NCBI GenBank assembly: GCA_039799905.1
Contig: JBDLRP010000024.1
Span: 1 to 64,000 of the forward strand
DNA length: 64,000 nt
From: Pseudomonadota bacterium
GTDB lineage: Bacteria > Bdellovibrionota_B > Oligoflexia > Silvanigrellales > Silvanigrellaceae
Direction of reading: 5' to 3'
The position numbers and the translations under genes are program-made. This document shows, piece after piece, positions 1 through 9,152 of this stretch; within the stretch, counting starts at the first letter, position 1, and each line of letters starts with the position of its first letter. Under the pieces are notes generated by a model. That model was not told the origin of the DNA. It was given only the letters and a program-made list of their open reading frames with translations, and did not search any database.

Positions 1-121
1 TAGGCACCTAAGGCAATGGATAATGCGTTGACTGGCCACGCAGTCCTGATTATGACCCCCCAGCGGCTTGGTCCGGCGTTCTTTGCGTAAACCGTCCGAA
101 AATCCGGCAGGAGGGCATGAC

Positions 122-1693
122 ATGAATCTCATCAGGCACATCGCTCTGTTGCTGATGCTCATTCTTCCTTGTGCTGCTTTCGCTCAGGATATTTCGTTCA
201 AGAACCGTCCGATTGTTTTTGGACTTGCGACGGCACCGGCGCACAGCGAGGACAACCTCAACGATTCGTGGCTCAACTTTGCGCAGAGCGGTGGCGTGGC
301 TGCATGGAAAAATGTCGATTTTCCAGAGCAGCGTCTGCGCTTTTGGAGCGAGCCCGAAACCGAACTCGACTGGGCACAGTCGACTGGAATCAAGACGCTG
401 CGAATCGGCCTCGATTGGGGTCGGCTTGTTCCCAATGCTCCTTCAAGCGTTGATTGCCCGACCGAGAATCCCTGCGCCGCGGGGATTCAAGACAAGCAGG
501 CCTTGCTTCGGTACAAACAAATTGTGAGGATGATCCGCGGACGCGGAATTGAACCCATCATCACTCTGTTTCATCATTCATTGCCGGCATGGGCGATTGA
601 AAAAGGCGGCTGGGCGAATCCGGAAGTCGCCGATTTGTTCGTTCGGTTTTCTCAAGACGTCGTGCGCGAATTCTCTCATCTAGTGGACGAGTGGATCACC
701 TTCAACGAGCCTACGGTTTTTGCGCTTTTGTCGGATGTTGCTGGAATCTGGCCTCCGGGTGGCAAGCAGCGTTTGGGTGGGCTTATTTCTGTTCCTTTGG
801 TGGCTCGCGGCGCTTATTGGTTGTCGCTCGAGCATATGACCCGCGCGCACAACCGAATTTACGAAAGTATTCACTCGATCGACACCGCACGTGCATCAGC
901 AACAAACCCTTTTGCACACGGACAACCTGCGCGTGTCGGTATGGCTCACAACATCAGCTATAACAACGGTGCACGCTGGATGGACTGGCCATCGGCGAAA
1001 TACTTTGACGCCATCTCCAAGTATGTTTTCACCGACAAAATTGCCGGCAAACTCGACTTCCTTGGAATCAATTACTACGGTCAGGAAGTGGTAAAAGGGC
1101 TGGGTGCCGCGATTGTGGATCGCGCGGAATACAGCGAGTCGGGCCGAGGCGTGTATCCGGCTGGACTGGCGTTGCTTTTGCTCGATTATCACAATCGCTA
1201 CAACAAGCAGAAAATCTCTCGCAAAGGGAATAAAAAAGAACTCAAGTTTGTGGTCACTGAAAACGGAATCTCAGATTCGACCGACGTCATTCGCGGCGCC
1301 TATCTGGTGGAACACCTTGCGGCCGTTGATGCTGCCATGAGTGCGGGTGTGCCCGTGGACGGATATATTTTCTGGACACTTTCCGACAACTGGGAATGGG
1401 CCGATGGGTATTGCCCTAAGTTCGGTTTGCTGTCGGTCAATCGGGGGCACGGACTGAGCAGAACACCGCGTGCGAGTTATGAACTCTTCAAAGAAATCGT
1501 GCAGACTCGTGAAATCTCGGCTGCAGTCCGCGAACAGCAGTGGCAGCGTTACCTCAGCCAGACGGGATTGCCGCGCCCTCAGTGCCGTGCCGAGAATGGC
1601 CGCGATTCCCTCGACGAGCCCCGCTTCGACATGAAGTTCCGCGGGATTGACTTTCGGTTCAAACCCGAACAGCTGCGTCTTCCTCAGCAGTAA
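122..1693 (+). CDS. Secreted glycoside hydrolase family 1, SFR2-like (galactolipid galactosyltransferase-like)
   Basis: GH1 catalytic motifs TFNEP and VTENG, plus DNWEWADGY. SFR2-type segments FGLATAPAHSED, RLRFWSEP, YYGQE, EYSESGRGVYP. ATG at 122 after a GGAGGG RBS gives a Sec-type signal peptide (MNLIRHIALLLMLILPCAAFA). Confidence 0.85.
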   Translation: MNLIRHIALLLMLILPCAAFAQDISFKNRPIVFGLATAPAHSEDNLNDSWLNFAQSGGVAAWKNVDFPEQRLRFWSEPETELDWAQSTGIKTLRIGLDWGRLVPNAPSSVDCPTENPCAAGIQDKQALLRYKQIVRMIRGRGIEPIITLFHHSLPAWAIEKGGWANPEVADLFVRFSQDVVREFSHLVDEWITFNEPTVFALLSDVAGIWPPGGKQRLGGLISVPLVARGAYWLSLEHMTRAHNRIYESIHSIDTARASATNPFAHGQPARVGMAHNISYNNGARWMDWPSAKYFDAISKYVFTDKIAGKLDFLGINYYGQEVVKGLGAAIVDRAEYSESGRGVYPAGLALLLLDYHNRYNKQKISRKGNKKELKFVVTENGISDSTDVIRGAYLVEHLAAVDAAMSAGVPVDGYIFWTLSDNWEWADGYCPKFGLLSVNRGHGLSRTPRASYELFKEIVQTREISAAVREQQWQRYLSQTGLPRPQCRAENGRDSLDEPRFDMKFRGIDFRFKPEQLRLPQQ

Positions 1694-1778
1694 TGAGCGG
1701 ACAAAAACCCCGGTAGGGTTGCAAAAAGATTCAATCGAAACGAGTATCCTTGTCTCTTTGACGGGAGTACAAATTCTT

Positions 1779-3602
1779 ATGAGCGAAAAATATTACGGTC
1801 CGCATTGGAACAATTCATCTGAATACCGCGATATAGAGTCGCCAGATTTCGTTGAGGATGTTGAGCTTCTGAAGAAGCAGATGGCGAAGATTGCGGAACA
1901 GGCAAAGCTTTTCGACGCCGAGGTTCAGCGCTGCCAACAGCTGTCGCAATCGGATATCGAGCTCGTTGAAGCGGCATCCCGATTGCGTGCTGCGGCCGAT
2001 GATGCGTTCGTCGTTGGTGCAAATCTTGGTACATTTGTGAGCTGCCTTCTCAGTGTGGACGGCGGCCACAGCAAAGCGCGTCAGATGCAGGCCGTTTTGC
2101 GTCAGCTGATGACGCAGTTGGGTGAGTCGCTGACATCGTTGGAACTCATTCTCACACAGTCCGGCGAGTCGTTTGCGCAAGCGTGTCTCGCTCGTCAAGA
2201 ATTTTCTCCACACCGCTTTGCCGTGAGTCAGGAACGGACTTGGGCACCATTTCTTCTTGGCCTAGATGCCGAGAAACTGCTCACTCGCTTTTCTGTCAAT
2301 GGCCCGCAGGCGTGGGGAACGTTGTATGACAACATCTCGTCTTCCCTTCAGTGCGAAGTGCAGCGCGGCGGAAAAATCGAGAAAATGGGTCTGGCTCGCG
2401 CGGCCGGCGGGTTGTTCAGCGGCGACCGAGAAGAGCGGACGGCCTGCTACCGTGCTGCGAATTCGGCCTGGGAAACACAGAAAGAATCGTGTGCGTCAAT
2501 TCTCAATTCACTCGCGGGTTGGCGCTTGGATAATTATCGGACACGCAGTGCAAACAAGAAATTGCATTTTCTCGATAAGCCACTGCATGCGAACCGCATC
2601 AAGGCCGAAACCCTGAATGCAATGATGAATGTGGTTGAAGAGAGTGCCGAAGTGGGGCGTGAAGCACTTCGCATCAAGGCGAAAGAGTTTAAGCTTGACG
2701 CACTTGCACCGTGGGATTTATTCGCACCTGCACCGTCGCCGGATGAAACTTTGATTCCATTTGCGCAGGCAATCGAGCTCATTCGTTCGGCGTTCGCAGA
2801 TGTTGATCCGCAGATGGGCGAGTTCGTCGACATCATGACCAAGAACGGCTGGATTGAAGGCACCGTGAGCGACAGCAAGCGTCCGGGTGCCTATTGCACG
2901 CGGTTTGCCAAGTCCCGCGCGCCGCGGGTGTATATGACTTACCGTGGAAGTCTTGAAGATGTTGGAACGCTGGCGCACGAACTCGGACACGCATTTCATA
3001 ATTGGGTGATGCGAGATTTGCCGATTCCCGAAACCTACTACCCGATGACCCTTGCCGAGACGGCGAGTATTTTTGCCGAGACGGTTGTCGGCGACGTGCT
3101 GCTCCGCAATGCGGTTGGTAGCGGCGAGAAGCGTAAAATTCTTTGGGGAGAGCTTGGCAGTGCCGAGGCATTTTTGTTGAATATTCCGGCCCGCTTTTGG
3201 TTCGAAAAAGATTTTTATGAAAAACGCGGTGAACGCACCCTGACTCCCGATGAGTTCTCCGCGCTGATGACTCAGTCGTGGACACGTTCCTATGGCAACA
3301 CTCTCAGCGAAATGAATCCGCTTTTTTGGTGCAGCAAGTTGCATTTTCATATCAGCGGAACGTCGTTCTACAATTTTCCATACACTTTCGGCTATCTGTT
3401 TGCTCTGGGTGTCTACGCGCAGCGCGAAAAACAGCAGGGGTCATTTTACAACAACTACGTCAACCTGCTGCGTGACACGGGCCGCATGACTGCAGAAGAA
3501 CTCGCCCGCAAGCACTTGGGTGTCGACCTCGGTGCACCCGAATTTTGGCGCGAGTCTGTGAAGATTGTTGCACGAAAAATTTCTGAATACCAGTCACTTT
3601 GA
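1779..3602 (+). CDS. pepF: M3B family oligoendopeptidase F
   Basis: KRPGAYCT, TLAHELGHAFH (HExxH), LAETASIFAE, FYNFPYTFG. Start moved to ATG 1779. Confidence 0.9.
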   Translation: MSEKYYGPHWNNSSEYRDIESPDFVEDVELLKKQMAKIAEQAKLFDAEVQRCQQLSQSDIELVEAASRLRAAADDAFVVGANLGTFVSCLLSVDGGHSKARQMQAVLRQLMTQLGESLTSLELILTQSGESFAQACLARQEFSPHRFAVSQERTWAPFLLGLDAEKLLTRFSVNGPQAWGTLYDNISSSLQCEVQRGGKIEKMGLARAAGGLFSGDREERTACYRAANSAWETQKESCASILNSLAGWRLDNYRTRSANKKLHFLDKPLHANRIKAETLNAMMNVVEESAEVGREALRIKAKEFKLDALAPWDLFAPAPSPDETLIPFAQAIELIRSAFADVDPQMGEFVDIMTKNGWIEGTVSDSKRPGAYCTRFAKSRAPRVYMTYRGSLEDVGTLAHELGHAFHNWVMRDLPIPETYYPMTLAETASIFAETVVGDVLLRNAVGSGEKRKILWGELGSAEAFLLNIPARFWFEKDFYEKRGERTLTPDEFSALMTQSWTRSYGNTLSEMNPLFWCSKLHFHISGTSFYNFPYTFGYLFALGVYAQREKQQGSFYNNYVNLLRDTGRMTAEELARKHLGVDLGAPEFWRESVKIVARKISEYQSL

Positions 3603-3625
3603 CCGCTGCGGAAGTCCCGCCTCAG

Positions 3626-4951
3626 TCAGCGTTTTCCGCACACGACGCTGCCGGGACTGCCGTAAACTTTGAGCTTCTTGCATTTGCAGTCGTTGACGCC
3701 CTTGATGGTGACTGCATTTGAGTTGCCCGAGAACATCACCACGCCGCTCTTGAATCGTCCGCTGTCTGAGAAGTTGGCGTTGGTTTTGTTGTTGTTTCCA
3801 CGCTCATAGACGTACAGTCCGTTGACCCTTGTTTTTCCAGCGTTGATTGTGACGGTTGCACCGCCCGACGCAAAAACACACAGGCCGCGGAATTTCTCTC
3901 CTTCAGGCTTTACGGTCAGCGAGCCTCCTACGGCATACACAACGAGTACGGAATCTTTGTTTAGGTTTCCCTTGCCCTCACCGGCAATCACAAGCTTTTT
4001 CTTGTCCACTTTCATCGCCTGCGCGCAGGCTTCTCTGAAGGCCGCTGCGTCATCGCCGACTGCTATGCGCGGAAGTGATGATTCAAAGTCACCGTCGTCG
4101 GAGAAGTCGCGCTCATCGTCATCGTCCTCTCGCTCTTCCTCTTCACTCTTTTTGCCCGAACGCCCCTTCTTCTCTTCCTCATCCCTTTCGTGCGCGCGTT
4201 TTGCGGCAGCTTTTGCTGCTGCCTCGGCTTGAGTCTTTGCAGCGTCAGCAGACGCCTTCGCTGCAGCCGCGTCTGCGGTCGCTTTGGCCTGCGCATCGGC
4301 AGCTGATTTCGCCGCAGCCGCAGCTGCAGCAGCTGCTGCGGCTGCGGCTTGATTTTGTGCGTTTGTCACTGCCGTCGCTGCCTCCAAGGCCGCCGCGTCA
4401 GCTGCTGCTTTCGCTCCGGCGTCGCCAGAGGCGGCCGCTGCCGCAGCCTCGTCAGCCGCTGCCTTTGCTGCAGCCGCATCTGCAAGTGCCTTTTGAGCCG
4501 CCGCATCGGCGGCGGCCTTGGCAGCCGCGTCTGCTGCCGCTTGTACTGCGGCATCAGCAGCAGCCTTTGCGGCTGCGTCGGCCGCGTCCTTTGCAGCAGC
4601 ATCAGCTTCAGCCTTCGCTGCGGCTGCGTTGGCCTCTGCCTCGGTCACAGGATCAGGCGCAGACCCGGCCGATTCAGGCGGAAACAGTGTTTCGAGAATT
4701 GCCTTTTCCTCGGCATCTGCCTTCATTTTTTCTTGTTCGCTCATTCCGCTCTCGACAAGGACGCTCGTAGCATCTGCCGATTCGAGTGCTTTTTTGATGG
4801 ATTTTGTTTTGTCGGTTGCGCTGCCGGAAAGGCTGTATGTTGCACTTGCGTAATTCGGACTGCTGAACTGCGTCACCTGATTTCCGCATGCGAGCATGAA
4901 CAACGAAGAAGTTCCCATGAGCACGCTGTTCGTTGGTAGAATTCGTTTCAT
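3626..4951 (-). CDS. Ala-rich lipoprotein with putative C-terminal beta-solenoid domain
   Basis: Lipobox-like FMLA-C, long (K/Q)AAADAAA repeats, an acidic tract, and a Gly/Asn/Val-rich Cys-containing C-terminus. Confidence 0.7.
   Translation of the reverse strand: MKRILPTNSVLMGTSSLFMLACGNQVTQFSSPNYASATYSLSGSATDKTKSIKKALESADATSVLVESGMSEQEKMKADAEEKAILETLFPPESAGSAPDPVTEAEANAAAAKAEADAAAKDAADAAAKAAADAAVQAAADAAAKAAADAAAQKALADAAAAKAAADEAAAAAASGDAGAKAAADAAALEAATAVTNAQNQAAAAAAAAAAAAAKSAADAQAKATADAAAAKASADAAKTQAEAAAKAAAKRAHERDEEEKKGRSGKKSEEEEREDDDDERDFSDDGDFESSLPRIAVGDDAAAFREACAQAMKVDKKKLVIAGEGKGNLNKDSVLVVYAVGGSLTVKPEGEKFRGLCVFASGGATVTINAGKTRVNGLYVYERGNNNKTNANFSDSGRFKSGVVMFSGNSNAVTIKGVNDCKCKKLKVYGSPGSVVCGKR
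4200..4645 (-). repeat. Degenerate coding repeat, about 8-aa period (KAAADAAA)
   Basis: KAEADAAA KDAADAAA KAAADAAV QAAADAAA KAAADAAA... in the translation; GCN-rich DNA. Confidence 0.8.
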
Positions 4952-5109
4952 GATTCTGGCCCTCAATATCGTCTAGAATATTTTGCGGCAGACCTTGGCC
5001 ACAAATTGAGTTCGAATTTTTAAAATGTATAAGAATCAGAAATAATTGGATTAAATATCACCAGCGAACGATGCGGATTAAAACCGGCAGAATTGGCACA
5101 TTCTCCGGA

Positions 5110-6078
5110 TTACCAGGCAGGAATAGTTACGCTCTGGACTGTCGAAGCGGTGGATTGCAACTTTCTTAGTTCATCGGGAAGACAAGCGAGTATCGCTTGG
5201 CCCAAAGCTTGAATTGCGCGGCGCTTAAGTTGCGTTCTGCGCCAAACAAGTGAGATTTGTCTTTGTGGAACAGGTTTGGAAAATTCGCGCAAAACAGAGG
5301 TTTTTGCGGGCTGACGATAGGCTGCAAGCCACGGTATGAGCGTGTAGCCGCGGCCGGTGTCGACCAAGCGTTGTAGTGTCTCCAGATTACCAGCCTCAAA
5401 CCTCACGTTTTTCAGCACGGAGTGGCTGGTCCGCAACGAGCAAAAACGAAGAATTTGCGAACGCAGGCAGTGCCCTTCGGAAAGGAGCCACATTTCTGAG
5501 CCGTCGAGATCATCTTCGCTGACAAGTTTTCTCTTCGCCAGCGGATGCTTGTTGTGCGCATAGAGCAGAAAAGGTTCAAGGAACAGCTGTTCTTCCTCAA
5601 GTTGTTCCGCCTTTAATGGGGTTGCCAGAAGACCAACGTCAATGCGTTCTTGTTCCAACTCTTGCAAGATCTGGGTCGTCTGCAACTCGTCAATCGAGAG
5701 AGTCAGTTTGGGGTACGTCTGGGCCATGTGCTCAATAAAGAGCGGGATGAGGTAGGGTGCGACTGTCGGAATCACACCAATGCGTAATTCTCCCTTGAGT
5801 TCTTTTTTGTCTTCGCGGCTCAGGGTGGCAAGTCTGCGGGCCTCCGAGAGCACGATGCGTGCTTGCGCAATGAGCGGTTCGCCGTCAGTTGTCGGCAAAA
5901 GCGGCTGAAGAGAGCGGTCGAATAGCACGACGCCGAGTTCTGCTTCGAGTTTTTGCAGTTGCATGCTGAGCGTGGGCTGCGAGACGTGGCAAGCTTTTGC
6001 TGCCTTACCAAAATGGCGGTGTTGATCGAGAGCAACTAGATATTCGAGCTGCGTCAAGGTAAGAGTGAGTCGACTCAT
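5110..6078 (-). CDS. oxyR: OxyR-type LysR family peroxide-sensing regulator
   Basis: LysR HTH (TLTQLEYLVAL..HFGKAAKACHVSQPTLSMQ), GVIPTVAPYL, and the redox Cys pair GHCLRSQILRFC. Start at ATG 6078. Confidence 0.85.
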   Translation of the reverse strand: MSRLTLTLTQLEYLVALDQHRHFGKAAKACHVSQPTLSMQLQKLEAELGVVLFDRSLQPLLPTTDGEPLIAQARIVLSEARRLATLSREDKKELKGELRIGVIPTVAPYLIPLFIEHMAQTYPKLTLSIDELQTTQILQELEQERIDVGLLATPLKAEQLEEEQLFLEPFLLYAHNKHPLAKRKLVSEDDLDGSEMWLLSEGHCLRSQILRFCSLRTSHSVLKNVRFEAGNLETLQRLVDTGRGYTLIPWLAAYRQPAKTSVLREFSKPVPQRQISLVWRRTQLKRRAIQALGQAILACLPDELRKLQSTASTVQSVTIPAW

Positions 6079-6278
6079 TGCCCGAAGTTCCTCAGTTGCT
6101 TTAAAAATGAATCTGACACAGGCATCCTCTGCGCTTGAGTCTTCTGTAAAGCATACGATTGCAGACGCGGCACGGCAACTTGCAGAGAGGCGGTGTCTGT
6201 CACGGCCCGAAGGGCAATTTTGCGCAGGCTGTGTCATCGTCAACGGGGTCCAATTACAATTATACTTGGGAGAGAATT

Positions 6279-6677
6279 ATGTCATTGAAAAAATCTCTGC
6301 TTTCAGCGGCCGCGGTCGGAATTTCTGGTGGTTCAGTATTGGCATCGGCGTCTGCGTCAAAGGCCGAACCGATGCTCGAAATGCATGCGCCCAAAAACGG
6401 AGTTCAGTGCTTTGGAACGAACACCTGCAAGGGTACTGCCCAGTGCGCGGTGACAAAGGAACAAATCCGCGTTGCAAACGAGGTTTTCAACAATAAGTTT
6501 CTTAAGGCCAAACCGCATGATTGCGGCGGTGGAAATTCATGCGGCGCCAGCACGGGCAATTTGGATTGGGTTAAAAAGGCAACCGCTCAGGAGTGTTTCA
6601 AGGCAGGTGGCTTCATTTTCGAAAAAGCAGTCGATTCCAAGACCAAAAAGGAACTTTTAAAGGTTAAAAAAGCCTAA
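6279..6677 (+). CDS. Exported six-Cys peptide, BufA2 (bufferin precursor)-like
   Basis: Signal-like N-terminus, then CFGTNTCKGTAQC ... CGGGNSCG ... ECFKAGG. GGGAGAG RBS before ATG 6279. Confidence 0.65.
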   Translation: MSLKKSLLSAAAVGISGGSVLASASASKAEPMLEMHAPKNGVQCFGTNTCKGTAQCAVTKEQIRVANEVFNNKFLKAKPHDCGGGNSCGASTGNLDWVKKATAQECFKAGGFIFEKAVDSKTKKELLKVKKA

Positions 6678-6759
6678 ATATATTTGTTTTTTTAATTTCC
6701 ATCTTGGTTTTCCTTCGCAAAGATCCGATACGAACCTTGATCATCGGGCGGAGGGAGCC

Positions 6760-7911
6760 ATGAAGAGTCGAATTGCAGCCTCGGTGGTGTTATTTTGTCT
6801 TGTTGCCGCATCCTGCGGAGAGCCCGCTTACCAGTCCGCCAACAATGGCCCCAAGCAGCGTACGAACAAAAAGTCTTCGGTTGAAAACGTCAATCAGAAT
6901 CCTTCGACAGCGGATGCGAGCGGCGAAGGCGTGGGTCAGTCCAAAAGCGTGAGTTTCAAATATGGACCAAAGTCGACCCCAAACGACCTGCTGTTTATTT
7001 TCGACAATTCCTCCTCCATGAATAATTACCTCGCCAGTGTGAAAGCAGGTTTTGAGAGCCTCGTGGCAGCCGATTGGTTTGGTGACACCCGTCTTGCGGT
7101 GATGACTACCCTGCCCGGTGATCCCCAAAATTTAAACAATGTTCATGCAGCTGTAAGCAAATACACAGGAATTGAGTCCGAACCTGGTTTTTTATCGCTC
7201 GTCTCGGCCGCGGCCTTTGATAAATACCGCCAAGCTGGCGGCAAGGTGGGAGCGTATCCCGAACCCTTGTGCGGCGATGAATGGTTCAAGCCGGAAGCTG
7301 CCAACCGAAACAATAAACGGTGCCTCTCGGTTGCCTTGCAAAACCCGCATCACAGCGTCAACTGTGAGGCTGGAATGACAGCGTTGAGTCAAACTCTCGA
7401 CAAACGAAACAAACTCTTTCGCGATGGTTCACTGGCACAGGTTGTTTTTATCAGCGATGCGCAGGACCCCGGTTGTGACAACGCCGACTTGAAAAACAAT
7501 AGGCCCACGGCGCAGGCGCTCAAAGATAAAATTATGCGAAAGCATCAGCTCGCCGGATTAAAATTCCATGGCGTACTGCCTGTGAAAGGCGGCGGGTCGA
7601 CAAAAGAAACAAACTCACATGGTGTATTCGGATACTCCTACAACAGCTTGATCCAGGCTGAAAATGGAATTTTAATCGACATAACGGCGAGCAGTGATTA
7701 TTCGGATTTTGCAAAACAACTTGCGCAAACGTCGTTGCCCGAACCTGTTTTTCCTTTGTCTGTAAAGGCTTCGAAGATTCTTTCAGTGAAAGCCGGTGCA
7801 GAAACCATGGCTCCGGAAAAGATTCAGCTGGCGGCAGATGGAAAGAGCATCAGAATTTTGGGCCTGAATCCGGCAGCGGAAATTGAAATCGTCGTGTCGT
7901 TTGAGCCCTGA
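6760..7911 (+). CDS. vWA (MIDAS) domain lipoprotein
   Basis: Lipobox VAAS-C; DLLFIFDNSSSM (DxSxS); VVFISD; GGAGGGAG RBS. Confidence 0.75.
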   Translation: MKSRIAASVVLFCLVAASCGEPAYQSANNGPKQRTNKKSSVENVNQNPSTADASGEGVGQSKSVSFKYGPKSTPNDLLFIFDNSSSMNNYLASVKAGFESLVAADWFGDTRLAVMTTLPGDPQNLNNVHAAVSKYTGIESEPGFLSLVSAAAFDKYRQAGGKVGAYPEPLCGDEWFKPEAANRNNKRCLSVALQNPHHSVNCEAGMTALSQTLDKRNKLFRDGSLAQVVFISDAQDPGCDNADLKNNRPTAQALKDKIMRKHQLAGLKFHGVLPVKGGGSTKETNSHGVFGYSYNSLIQAENGILIDITASSDYSDFAKQLAQTSLPEPVFPLSVKASKILSVKAGAETMAPEKIQLAADGKSIRILGLNPAAEIEIVVSFEP

Positions 7912-8009
7912 CTCAATCTGCCCTGAAGACAGTTTGAGTCGGGGCTCGGCATGTTTTAGACAACTGTACTTACTATCTTGGGACAACTCGCAGGAACATA
8001 CTTCTTCTT

Positions 8010-9020
8010 TCAGGATGGCTGCGAGTTGTTTTGTCTTTCCCTTAAAATAGATATCAGGATCGATGACCCGATGAGGCCTGCGATAATTCCAAGCGACCAC
8101 GTGATTGGGAACTTACCGCCGAACGCCTCATTGAGGTAAACCATCTTCAAACCGACGAAAACCAAAACTGCGGCCAGTCCGTATTTGATAAACGAAAAGC
8201 GATCCATAACGCCGGATAGCATGAAATACATTGAACGCAGTCCAAGGATTGCAAAAATGTTGCTCGTAAATACGATCAGAGGCTCCTTTGTGAGGGCGAA
8301 AATGGCAGGAACAGAATCAACTGCGAAGATGATGTCGGAGAGTTCAAGAAAGATGAGTGCGACAAACAGAGGGGTCACGTAGGTGAGGCCATCGTTTTTG
8401 ATGAAAAATTGCTGACCTTCAATTTGCGGGTGAATCCTGAATATTTTGCGCAGCAGGCGGATTAGAATATTTTTGTTAAGATCTGTTTTTTCTGTTCCGG
8501 CAAAAAACATCTTAATCCCGGTCAGAATCAGCAGTGCGCCGAAGAAGAGCACCACCCAGTCGTAGCGCATCAGCACCGAGCCCATGGCAATGAAGAGCGC
8601 TCTGAAAATGAGAGCGCCGAAAATACCCCAAAACAAGATTCTGTGTTGATAAACTTTTGGAATTCCAAAATAGGCAAAGACGACGGCGAAGACGAATATG
8701 TTGTCAACTGCGAGCGATTTCTCGACAACAAAACCGGTCAGGAATTCCAAAGCGGAGTTTTTGGCCTGAACTGCCGGATCGAAATTCGGAATAGCCAGAT
8801 ATGTTTCGGATGAGAATTTGTGAAGTGAGTAATAATAAAACAGAACGTTGAACAGCAGGGCGAGACCTATCCAGACGGCCGTCCAGATGGAAGCCTCCTT
8901 GAACGTCACTTCGTGTGCCTGTTTGTGGAAAACACCGAGGTCAAGCGCGAGGATGGCGAGTATGAAAAACGAAAACAGAAGATAAAAACCCCAGTATTCC
9001 GCGAACGGGAAGAAAATCAT
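8010..9020 (-). CDS. TerC/Alx family membrane protein
   Basis: LALDLGVFH, EKSLAVDNIFVF, QHRILFWGI, DIIFAVDSVPAIFA, TSNIFAILGLRSMYF. Confidence 0.92.
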   Translation of the reverse strand: MIFFPFAEYWGFYLLFSFFILAILALDLGVFHKQAHEVTFKEASIWTAVWIGLALLFNVLFYYYSLHKFSSETYLAIPNFDPAVQAKNSALEFLTGFVVEKSLAVDNIFVFAVVFAYFGIPKVYQHRILFWGIFGALIFRALFIAMGSVLMRYDWVVLFFGALLILTGIKMFFAGTEKTDLNKNILIRLLRKIFRIHPQIEGQQFFIKNDGLTYVTPLFVALIFLELSDIIFAVDSVPAIFALTKEPLIVFTSNIFAILGLRSMYFMLSGVMDRFSFIKYGLAAVLVFVGLKMVYLNEAFGGKFPITWSLGIIAGLIGSSILISILRERQNNSQPS

Positions 9021-9152
9021 GGTTTGCTCTCCTTTGGCAGCAGAATCATCACACCTCGACTATTCGGCTTTTCTGTAAATCAATCAAATAGATTCTATTG
9101 TTGTTTAGTATTGATTTTTTCGATACATTGAAAATTCGGACGGAGGGCCATC

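Noticed and set aside
4200..4645. Ala-rich repeat as a type I antifreeze protein, tempting because of the nearby SFR2-like gene
   Set aside because: The period is about 8 with Lys/Asp, not the 11-residue Thr-spaced pattern. The genes are on opposite strands with pepF between them, so no cold-tolerance locus is supported.
4075..4939. Long plus-strand ORFs (4075-4770, 4349-4939, 4518-4853)
   Set aside because: Shadow frames produced by the GCN-rich repeat of the minus-strand lipoprotein.
9021..9152. yybP-ykoY Mn riboswitch upstream of TerC
   Set aside because: I could not find the conserved motifs or GC-rich stems; the spacer is AT-rich and looks like a protein-regulated divergent promoter. 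An Infernal/Rfam scan would settle it.
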